Virus record (IMG/VR): IMGVR_UViG_3300037309_000121
Direction: 5' to 3' (one strand)
Origin: a virus
Length of the DNA stretch: 64,000 nt
Positions 18,315 through 26,598 of this stretch are shown piece by piece (the stretch's first letter is position 1; every line of letters starts with the position of its first letter). Both the position numbers and the translations under genes were made by a program. The notes beneath the pieces were generated by a model. That model had not been told where the DNA came from and did not search any database. It saw nothing but the letters and a program-made list of their open reading frames with translations.

Positions 18315-18676
18315 CCCAGGGGGTGGGAGAGCAGAAGATCCTCGAGCAGTGCTGGGCTAGCAGGCTGCCGATCCCGAAGGCCATACAGAACGCTCCCGAC
18401 CTGAACCTCGGTCTCGAGCTGGCCTACATGGCCTTCTGGGAGCTCAGCACTTCTCGACCAGTCGGGTGGGCTCCCGGCCCGATCCCCTGGCACGTCATCC
18501 ACGAGTACGCAATGTCGCAGCACCTCGACGAGGAAGAAAAAGCCGATTTCGTCTACCTCATCCGGAAGATGGATCGCGCGTTCCTGGAGTGGAACGAGGT
18601 TCGGCAGAAGAGCGGGAAGAACCGCGACTCGAGCTCGAGGAACAAGCTCGGGAGCGCCAGCAAATCCACCACTTAG
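18287..18676 (+). CDS. Tail assembly chaperone gpT part (expressed by frameshift)
   Basis: APDLNLGLELAYMAFWELSTSR...PIPWHVIHEYA, continuous with the -1 frame at the slippery site. Confidence 0.8.
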   Translation, partial: LVSCLQYALTQGVGEQKILEQCWASRLPIPKAIQNAPDLNLGLELAYMAFWELSTSRPVGWAPGPIPWHVIHEYAMSQHLDEEEKADFVYLIRKMDRAFLEWNEVRQKSGKNRDSSSRNKLGSASKSTT

Positions 18677-18703
18677 GCTTCAGCGGTCATATGCTTCTGG
18701 ACC

Positions 18704-19144
18704 ATGGCCAGCCCCTCTACCTTCGCCAAGCGCATGCAGATCCGCGCCGATCGATTCGGAAAGAACGTGGATCGCATCGCCAGGAGAGCTGCCCTGGCGA
18801 TCGATCAGACGCTAGTGCTCGCGACACCAGTCGACACAGGCCGAGCTCGATCCAACTGGCGAGCTCAAGTTGGTAGCCCGCCGAGCGGCACCATTCAACC
18901 CTACGTCCCCGGCAGCAAGCTCGGGATCGGGGAGCAGGCGAATGCTGCTGCGGCGATCCAGCAGGCGGCTGGTCAGGTGGCTAGCTGGCGTCCCTCGACA
19001 GAAGTTCCGCTGTTCATCTCGAACAACGTGGCGTACATCGGAAAGTTGAACGAAGGTTCTTCGAAGCAGGCTCCCGCAAACTTTGTCGAGCAGGCAATCT
19101 CAGCAGGGCTCAGCGCTATCGCTGGAGCGAAGGTGATCACCTGA
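18704..19144 (+). CDS. HK97 gp10-like tail completion protein
   Basis: TPVDTGRARSNW and ISNNVAYIGKLNEGSSKQAPANFVE motifs. Confidence 0.85.
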   Translation: MASPSTFAKRMQIRADRFGKNVDRIARRAALAIDQTLVLATPVDTGRARSNWRAQVGSPPSGTIQPYVPGSKLGIGEQANAAAAIQQAAGQVASWRPSTEVPLFISNNVAYIGKLNEGSSKQAPANFVEQAISAGLSAIAGAKVIT

Positions 19145-21810
19145 TGGCTACCGAACGCTTCGACATAGTCTTCTCGACTCGAGGCACTCGCGAGGTGCGG
19201 AGGGAAATCGCAGGCATCGGAAGCGGGTCAGCTTCTGCTGCCAGCTCAGTAGACTTCCTGCGAAATTCCCTCATCGCCATCGGTTCCGCACAGATCATCC
19301 GCGGTCTCGTCAGCATCGCCGACACGTACCAGAACGTCCAGAACAGGCTGCGCCAGGTGACCAGCGGTACGGACGAGCTCCGAGTCGTCACGGAGGAACT
19401 GTTCGACATCGCGAACAAGACTCGCGTGGGCTTTGAAGAAACCTCGCAGCTCTACTTCCGCTCCGCACGAGCTGCACAGACTCTCGGGAAAAGCCAGCGC
19501 GAGGTGCTCGACTTCACCACGGCCCTGAGCCAGTCGGTCGCCCTGTCAGGAGCTTCGGTTCGCGAGGCTAACCTCGCCGTGCTCCAGTTCACTCAGGGCC
19601 TCGCGGCGAATCGCCTGGCGGGAGACGAGCTCCGCTCAGTCCTCGAGCAGCTGCCCAACATCGCAGCTTCGATCGCGAAGCAGCTCGGGGTCACTATCGG
19701 CGAGCTGAAGGACCTGGCCTCGACGGGCGCAGTGACGTCTGAAACTATCTTCGCAGCCTTCTCCGGAGAGGAAGCAGCCAGGATCGCATCAGAATTCGAG
19801 CGCACCATCCCAACTGTCGAGCAGTCGCTCGTCGTCCTGAAGAATCGGGTCATCGAGCTGGTTGGAGAATTCAACCAGGCTACGGGAGCGACGCAGAAGC
19901 TCTCTGCTGTGATCAAGCTGCTCGGGGATAACGCCGACGTCATCGCTCGAGCTGTCCTCGGTGGTATCTTCGCCTTGAGCGTGATCAAGGCTGTGCAGGC
20001 AATCCAGCTCCTGACGGTCGTGATCGCAGCAAACCCGCTCGGCTTCCTCCTTACGGCGCTCACTGCCGGAGTCGTAGCGCTGATCGCGTTCAGCGATCGC
20101 ATCGTCTCGCTGCAGGATGGACTGACTACCCTGCAGGATTTCTTCCAAGCGTTTGCAGAATTCCTCGGGTCGCGATTCACAGAGCTCCTGGATCTGATCA
20201 GCGGTTTCTTCGGAGAGCTGCCGGATCTCGCGAGCGTCTCTTTCGAGGATGTCCTGATCGGAGGAGCCCAGTTCCTCGACAACTTCCTCGGCGTCTTCCT
20301 GGGCACCTTCTACGCCATCGGTGCCCTGCTCAGCAACGTCGGGGAGAACTGGCCCGAGCTGATCACCTTCGCCGTCAAGCAGATGGTGAACGCTGCGATC
20401 AAAGCCCTGAACTTCTTGCCGAAGGCGATCAACGCCCTCATCGACGGACTTATCGCGTCGTTCAGCTCGTTCTTCAAGCGCCTCGAGCTCGCCTGGATCT
20501 ACTGGTCGCAAGCGGTGAACAACGCCTTCGACGGCAACTTCGACGCGGCCCTCGAGAACATCAAGGATGCGACCTTCCAGGTCGAGAATGCCGTCGTGAA
20601 CATCGGCGACAACGTGCGGCGAGCGTACAACAAGTACAAGGACATCAATCTCATCCCGACGCTGAAGATCTCCGGTGCCGAGCAGGCTGCCGCTGAGCAG
20701 CTTGGGCAGGACGTCATCGACGCCTTCCTGAAGGGCTTCAACGAGCCCGGCGCAGCCGAGGCGAATATCCAGTCGATCCTGGCTCGCGCCCGCGAGATCG
20801 CAAGCGAACGTGCCTCCGCAGCACAGGCTCAGGCGGCCCGGGACGTTGCGGCCCGCGAGGGGCTGAATGCGCCGGGTGCTGATCTCACCGGCGAGATCCG
20901 TGCCCGCGTGCTGAAGGAGATCACCGACGGCCTCACCCGCGAGGCCAGCCTCCTCTCCCTGGGCAATCGCGAGCGAGAAGTTCGGAATGCCCTCGACAAG
21001 ATCCAGGAAGATCTCCGCGCGAAGAAGGTCACTGCGACTCCGGACGAGCTCAGTGCATTCCAGCGCCAGGTCGAGTTCAACTTCGCTCTGAAGGATCAGG
21101 CTCGAGTCCTCGAGGAGATCAAGGGCCCGCAGGACGAGATCAAGAACAACATTGCGGCCATCAATGCCCTGTACTCGCAGGGGAAGATCACGATCGACGA
21201 GTACAGCGAGGCGCTGCGGAACCAGCGCATCGCGCAGCTCGAGAGCGACCGCTCAGTGGCAGGCGGCTTCGAGCGAGGCTTCCTGAAGCTCCAGAACCAG
21301 ATCGGAGACTTCGCTGCCCAGGCGGAGAGCACGCTCGTCAATGCATTCAGCTCTGCTGAAGACGCTCTCGTCGAGTTCGTGCAGAGTGGGCAGTTCAACT
21401 TCTCGAAGCTGGTGGACTCGATCCTGGCAGATCTGACTCGACTGCTGGCCCGACAAGCTCTGTTCAGCCTCATTGGAGCGTTCGCTGGTCCTGCTGGTGG
21501 AGCGACCGTTGTTGACTCCAGCCTGTCGACGCTCCTGTCTGGATCCAGGGCTGAGGGCGGACCAGTCTCTGCGGGGAAGTCCTATCTCGTCGGAGAGCGG
21601 GGACCGGAGATCTTCCAGCCGAACGTGAGCGGCACTATCGTTCCCAACGGTGCGACGATGTCTGCTCCTCAGCTGAACGTCTCTGTCGTGAACGTGACGG
21701 ATCCCGACGAGGTCGGATCCGCACTCAACGACCCTCGGAACCAGGAGATCATCGTGAACATCATCGGTCGCAACCGCCAAGCAATCAACCGCTCTCTGGG
21801 GAACGGATAA
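19144..21810 (+). CDS. Tape measure protein
   Basis: Tape-measure domain (QFTQGLAANRLAGDELRSVLEQLP), helical repeats, C-terminal RAEGGPV...YLVGERGPEIF. Confidence 0.93.
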   Translation: MATERFDIVFSTRGTREVRREIAGIGSGSASAASSVDFLRNSLIAIGSAQIIRGLVSIADTYQNVQNRLRQVTSGTDELRVVTEELFDIANKTRVGFEETSQLYFRSARAAQTLGKSQREVLDFTTALSQSVALSGASVREANLAVLQFTQGLAANRLAGDELRSVLEQLPNIAASIAKQLGVTIGELKDLASTGAVTSETIFAAFSGEEAARIASEFERTIPTVEQSLVVLKNRVIELVGEFNQATGATQKLSAVIKLLGDNADVIARAVLGGIFALSVIKAVQAIQLLTVVIAANPLGFLLTALTAGVVALIAFSDRIVSLQDGLTTLQDFFQAFAEFLGSRFTELLDLISGFFGELPDLASVSFEDVLIGGAQFLDNFLGVFLGTFYAIGALLSNVGENWPELITFAVKQMVNAAIKALNFLPKAINALIDGLIASFSSFFKRLELAWIYWSQAVNNAFDGNFDAALENIKDATFQVENAVVNIGDNVRRAYNKYKDINLIPTLKISGAEQAAAEQLGQDVIDAFLKGFNEPGAAEANIQSILARAREIASERASAAQAQAARDVAAREGLNAPGADLTGEIRARVLKEITDGLTREASLLSLGNREREVRNALDKIQEDLRAKKVTATPDELSAFQRQVEFNFALKDQARVLEEIKGPQDEIKNNIAAINALYSQGKITIDEYSEALRNQRIAQLESDRSVAGGFERGFLKLQNQIGDFAAQAESTLVNAFSSAEDALVEFVQSGQFNFSKLVDSILADLTRLLARQALFSLIGAFAGPAGGATVVDSSLSTLLSGSRAEGGPVSAGKSYLVGERGPEIFQPNVSGTIVPNGATMSAPQLNVSVVNVTDPDEVGSALNDPRNQEIIVNIIGRNRQAINRSLGNG

Positions 21811-23078
21811 TGGCCTGGGTATTTGGCACATCTACAAACTACCAGACGTTCGCCGACCTGCTCCACAACCTGGCTACGGGCAGCAGCCTCGCTACACTGG
21901 CGATCAATGCTGCTGGCAGTGGCTACGCTGTCGGAGACATCGTCTCGATCAGCGGCGGTACACAGACGGTTCAGGGGCAGGCAGAGGTCGTGAGCGTGGG
22001 TGGAGGCGGTGCCGTCACCGCGGTGCGCATCTACAACGCGGGCTTCTACACGGTCAACCCCGGTACTGGAGCTGCCACGACTGCTCTGACCGGCAGCGGC
22101 TCGGGCCTCACACTCAACACGACGATCGCCGCCAACGGCTGGACGAGTCGACGCTCGACGAATGTCGGAGGATCCGGTCAGCGAGAAGTTATCGTGGAGG
22201 GCAGCGGCTCTGGGTCTGACCAGATATTCGTCGGCTGGCGCAGCTACTCCGACGTCGGAAGCGGCGCGACGAACCTCGAGCTCGCTGGATTCACAGGATT
22301 CAACTCGGGTCTGACGTGGGAGAATCAGGCTGGCATCAGCCCGGGTCGAAACACGACCACAAACGGCGGTGCGTTCGTTCCGCTCCTGAACTCCACAGTC
22401 ACCTGGTGGGTTTCTGTGAACTCCCGGCGGATTCAGTTCTGGGCGAACACCTCCTCGTGCTACGCACACGGGCACCTCGGCCTGCTGAACAGCTTCGCTA
22501 CTTCGGGGGAGTATCCTCTGCCGCTCTACATCTGCGGCTCGACCACAGAGCGGTATCGTCTCCCATCAACTTCAACTGTTTTCACCAGCGGTCTGTCAGA
22601 TCCTCAGCGCGAGCAGTCCAGTCAAGTTGGTCCTGGGCTCGTGCGTCTGCAGGATGGAACCTGGCTGTCCGTCGCCAACGCATTCAACTCTTCTTCCAGG
22701 ACAGCGGTGATTCAGGGAGCAGTGGTGTATCCGGCAGGAACTCTGAGCGGGGCCAATCCCGTTAGCGACGACCAGTGGTTCGTGTCATCCGACACCTGGG
22801 CGAGCTTCATACCTCAGAGCCCTACGCAGAATGCGAGGTTGCTGCCGACTGAGGATTCCGGAGGCGACTACTTCGTCCGTGTCCCCTGCACAATCTTCTA
22901 CAGCGTCGCCGCAGTCCCAGCTGGCGTCCTGGGTGAGATCGACGGGGTGTTCTGGTTCGAGGCAGCTTCGTTGGTCGTCGCTCTCAATCGCCTCTCCGAA
23001 GGGTCAGACAGGTATCGAGTTTTCCCGAATGGCGTCCGCACTGACAACTGGGCGCTGTGCGCCGTCAAGGAGGCGTAG
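21810..23078 (+). CDS. Tail structural protein
   Basis: TAATG overlap after TMP; Gly/Ser/Thr-rich, terminal VLGEIDGVFW. Confidence 0.7.
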   Translation: MAWVFGTSTNYQTFADLLHNLATGSSLATLAINAAGSGYAVGDIVSISGGTQTVQGQAEVVSVGGGGAVTAVRIYNAGFYTVNPGTGAATTALTGSGSGLTLNTTIAANGWTSRRSTNVGGSGQREVIVEGSGSGSDQIFVGWRSYSDVGSGATNLELAGFTGFNSGLTWENQAGISPGRNTTTNGGAFVPLLNSTVTWWVSVNSRRIQFWANTSSCYAHGHLGLLNSFATSGEYPLPLYICGSTTERYRLPSTSTVFTSGLSDPQREQSSQVGPGLVRLQDGTWLSVANAFNSSSRTAVIQGAVVYPAGTLSGANPVSDDQWFVSSDTWASFIPQSPTQNARLLPTEDSGGDYFVRVPCTIFYSVAAVPAGVLGEIDGVFWFEAASLVVALNRLSEGSDRYRVFPNGVRTDNWALCAVKEA

Positions 23079-23080
23079 TC

Positions 23081-24067
23081 GTGGCGTATCAGACTGGTTC
23101 TGCGTCTAGCCAAGAAGACCTGATGAACATCCTCCAGACCTTTGCTTCCGCGCAGGGCTGGACTGTCAACCACTTCTCCACGACGAACGACTGGCTGGCC
23201 CTCAGCAACGGGAGCGTCTTCGTGCAGTTCCGCTGGGACAATTCCAGCGGCATCGCGATGTTCCACTCAACCGGGTTCGTGAACAGCAGCACAGCCCCGG
23301 GGAACCACACGAACGACGATGGTTGCGGTCTCCTCGATGCTTCCACTCCCTACAACTCCACAGTCAACTCCGGCAGGCGAATCGTTGTCGGAAATGGTCC
23401 TTTCACGGCCTACCACTTCTTCACAGACAACACAACGAAGTACATCCACGTCGCCCTGGAATACGCCCCAGGGCTCTATCGACACTTCGCCTTCGGGACG
23501 ATCGACAAAGTCGGGAACTGGACTGGGGGTCAGTATGCAGCGGCTACACACTGGGAAGTCGCTGCGCAGACGATTCCAGCCAGCGGCAACCACAGCGTCC
23601 TGTGGGATGGCCTCTACGGCAACAGTTTCGACGTGAACGTCTCGGCCTCTGTGCGAGTCGAGGGAATGCCGAACCAAACCGGAAGCATGCGATGGATGTT
23701 GCTCAACGACATCGGATCACAGGGAACTGATCGAGGCGGCAACGCTAGGGTGCGAGGTCTGGGGGGAACCAGGAGCGGGCCTCTGGCCTCCCAGATGCTG
23801 AAGTTCCGAGCGAACCTGGCCAACGGCTACGTGCCGCTCGTGCGCATCCCGATCTTCTGGGTCGACCCTACCCCAACCCCAGATCAGTGGATGTTCCTGG
23901 GGAATGTGTCGGACGTTCGAGTCTTACAGATAGCGAACATCACTGTCGGGCAGGAGCTCGCAGTCGGTTCAGATACCTGGAAGATCTTCCCGTTCATCCG
24001 CAAGCAGGCGATCGCATCTGGCGAGGAGTCCCGGAACGCTGGCATCGCGTACAGGAAGGTTGTGTGA
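23081..24067 (+). CDS. Tail structural protein
   Basis: AYQTGSASSQEDL start; ends WKIFPFIRK...GIAYRKV, similar architecture to upstream gene. Confidence 0.7.
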   Translation: MAYQTGSASSQEDLMNILQTFASAQGWTVNHFSTTNDWLALSNGSVFVQFRWDNSSGIAMFHSTGFVNSSTAPGNHTNDDGCGLLDASTPYNSTVNSGRRIVVGNGPFTAYHFFTDNTTKYIHVALEYAPGLYRHFAFGTIDKVGNWTGGQYAAATHWEVAAQTIPASGNHSVLWDGLYGNSFDVNVSASVRVEGMPNQTGSMRWMLLNDIGSQGTDRGGNARVRGLGGTRSGPLASQMLKFRANLANGYVPLVRIPIFWVDPTPTPDQWMFLGNVSDVRVLQIANITVGQELAVGSDTWKIFPFIRKQAIASGEESRNAGIAYRKVV

Positions 24068-25785
24068 GCAGCTTCCCCACCCAACCTCACCTCGGGCTGA
24101 GCGGAGATCTCGGATCGAGACTGTACCCCACAGGACTGTCGACGAACCTCGACAATCTGACGCCTCCACCATCCTCAGCAGCCCTCCTGGAGCTCTCCGG
24201 GCTCGGAGCTGGCGCTCGCGGAACTTTCGCTCCCGTGCCCCCTCCCCCGCCCGGGACGAATCGGACAGCCGTTGCTCTCGAGTGGGGGAAGGACTGGTTC
24301 CAGAGGATACACGTCATCCCGAGATCTATCTCGCTCGGCAACGTGCTTTCCATGGCGACAGTTACGCTCGACGTCTACAACGCATATCTCTTCGAAACGA
24401 AGCAGCTCCAGGATGTCATCAACAATCTTGGGGGCGGCGCGAGCATCATAGATCTGCCTTCGCTGCCCTACAACCTCGCGCCGCAAACTTCGCTGATCCT
24501 CACGCTGCAGGTTTCTCCGGACGGACCATCCACGATCAACGGCACGCTGGACTTCGACACCGACGAACCCTACCTCGTCCAGGTACGGGTTTCCGGCACC
24601 AGAGTCGTCGTCTTCCCGTTCGAGCCTGAAGCCCCGTTCATCGAGCGGCTGCAGTTCCTCACTGACGTTTTTGTCCACAAAGACGGCACGGAGCAGCGAG
24701 TATCCCTGCGCAAGGCACCGAGACAGGTCTTCGACCTCAAGCTCCGGCGAGAGGATGGCGTCGAGCGACAGCGAGTTGACTTCCTGCTCTTTGACTGGCA
24801 GAGTCGGGTGTTTGGGTTCCCGATGTGGCACGAGCCTACCTTGCTCACGGCTGACGTCGTGGCAGGAGCTACGAGCATCAATGTCCAGGACGCAACGCTC
24901 TCTGACTTCCGAGTGGGCAGCCTCGCGATCATCTACGAGAGCGAGACGAAATTCGACGCGCTGGAAGTCGCAACCGTTGGATCAACTACGATCTCGTTCA
25001 GCACCTCGATCTCTCAGAACTACTCGGCAGCTTCCGGCGTCCGAGTCATGCCGATGCGAACTGCCATCAGCAGTCAGCCTGCGAAGGAAGCCAAGTACGC
25101 AGTCAACCTCTGCGACTTCGACCTGACCATGCGGGTGCTAGACAACGACGTCGATCTGAGCGACCTGACGGGGTGGCCGACGTACAACAGCAAGATCCTG
25201 CTCAGCGACCCGAACGCGATCACCGGTACCCTCGACGGCCTGATCGAGCGGGAACTCACGGTCTTCGACGGCTCCGGCGGCGGCAAGTTCTCGCAGGTAA
25301 GCACCTGGAACCGCGCCCGCCACAGCTCGGCGAAGACATTCGTCAGCACAACCCGCAGCCGCCTCTGGGCGATACGCAAGCTGCTCCACGCACTTCGCGG
25401 TCGACAGGTTAGCTTCTATCTGCCAACGTTCACTAAGGACGTGACCTTGGCTGTTTCCTACTCTTCCGGCAGCGCTGCGATCACGATCGTGAACGTTGGC
25501 TATTCTCGCTACGCGAAGCAGCGAACGCCCAAGGTCGACGTGCGCGTCATCTTGAACGACGGAACTATCTTCACCAGGACTATCGCGAATTCTTCTGAGA
25601 TCGACGTCAACACTGAGCAGCTCACCCTGAGTTCGGCGATATCTCAAAACATCTCGCCCAGCGACGTGTCGAGGATCGAGTTCCTCGAGAAGGTGCGCAT
25701 CGACAGTGACGAGATTGTGATCGAGCATCGCTCGGCAAATGGGGAGGCTAACATTGGCTTCCCCGTCAAGGTCGTGCTGGAATAG
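24064..25785 (+). CDS. Tail structural protein (distal-tail-like C-terminal part)
   Basis: ERLQFLTDVFVHKDGTEQRVSLRKAPRQ; LRGRQVSFYLPT. Confidence 0.7.
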   Translation: MSSFPTQPHLGLSGDLGSRLYPTGLSTNLDNLTPPPSSAALLELSGLGAGARGTFAPVPPPPPGTNRTAVALEWGKDWFQRIHVIPRSISLGNVLSMATVTLDVYNAYLFETKQLQDVINNLGGGASIIDLPSLPYNLAPQTSLILTLQVSPDGPSTINGTLDFDTDEPYLVQVRVSGTRVVVFPFEPEAPFIERLQFLTDVFVHKDGTEQRVSLRKAPRQVFDLKLRREDGVERQRVDFLLFDWQSRVFGFPMWHEPTLLTADVVAGATSINVQDATLSDFRVGSLAIIYESETKFDALEVATVGSTTISFSTSISQNYSAASGVRVMPMRTAISSQPAKEAKYAVNLCDFDLTMRVLDNDVDLSDLTGWPTYNSKILLSDPNAITGTLDGLIERELTVFDGSGGGKFSQVSTWNRARHSSAKTFVSTTRSRLWAIRKLLHALRGRQVSFYLPTFTKDVTLAVSYSSGSAAITIVNVGYSRYAKQRTPKVDVRVILNDGTIFTRTIANSSEIDVNTEQLTLSSAISQNISPSDVSRIEFLEKVRIDSDEIVIEHRSANGEANIGFPVKVVLE

Positions 25786-25788
25786 CAG

Positions 25789-26598
25789 ATGTCCTACGTC
25801 GCGCAAGAAACCTCGATCGAGAGTGGTCAGCCGATCGAGCTGTTCGACTTCCGCATCGGCAGCGATTCCTATTTCTACACCAGCAACCCATCTGCCATCA
25901 CGTACAACAGCGTGACCTACCAACCCTTCGAGGTGGATCGACAGAACCTGAACTTCAGCGCAGAGCAGCGAGCCGAGACCCTCCAGATCGGAGTCCCGGC
26001 GACGGCACCTCTCGTCAGGAAGTACATCAACTCAGTGCCTGGACAGCGAGCTACGCTCACCATTCGCCGCGTGCACCGAAACGACGGCTTGAATGAGGTG
26101 ATCGAGCTGTGGAAGGGTACGGTTCGCACAGTCGGGTTCGACCAGAACGGAGTACGCGCGAACATCGCAGTTGTGCCACTGACAGCAGAGCTGGCGAACG
26201 CGATCCCTCGCTTCAAGTATGCTGCAGTCTGCAACCACGTGCTGTACGATCAGGCCTGCACAGTTGCCCAGTCGTTGTTCCGTCATCAGGGAGAAGTTGA
26301 TGGAGTAGCGGGCGACTCCATCACAGTTCAAGGGCTCGGCGCGAAGGGTACAGGGTGGGCCAACGGAGGCTACATCGCGCTGCCCACTGGGGACTTTCGG
26401 CTCGTCATCGAGCACACGGGTGACACGATACGTGTACTCAAGCCGTTCCCCAGCTCTCCGCTCGGACTGACAGTCGAAGTGTTCGCCGGGTGCGACCACA
26501 GCATCAACACCTGCTCTTCCAAGTTCTCCAACGTCGCGAACTTCGGCGGATTCGCCTGGGTGCCGCTCAAGAATATCTTTGTCACAGGGCTGAAGTGA
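25789..26598 (+). CDS. Baseplate hub / tail tip protein (DUF2163, BR0599 family)
   Basis: GQPIELFDF; CNHVLYDQAC; AGCDHSINTCSSKFSNVANFGGF Cys motif. Confidence 0.88.
   Translation: MSYVAQETSIESGQPIELFDFRIGSDSYFYTSNPSAITYNSVTYQPFEVDRQNLNFSAEQRAETLQIGVPATAPLVRKYINSVPGQRATLTIRRVHRNDGLNEVIELWKGTVRTVGFDQNGVRANIAVVPLTAELANAIPRFKYAAVCNHVLYDQACTVAQSLFRHQGEVDGVAGDSITVQGLGAKGTGWANGGYIALPTGDFRLVIEHTGDTIRVLKPFPSSPLGLTVEVFAGCDHSINTCSSKFSNVANFGGFAWVPLKNIFVTGLK

Noticed and set aside
18281-18676. Tail chaperone frameshift as a novelty
   Set aside because: Well-known lambda G-T type mechanism; kept as a feature only
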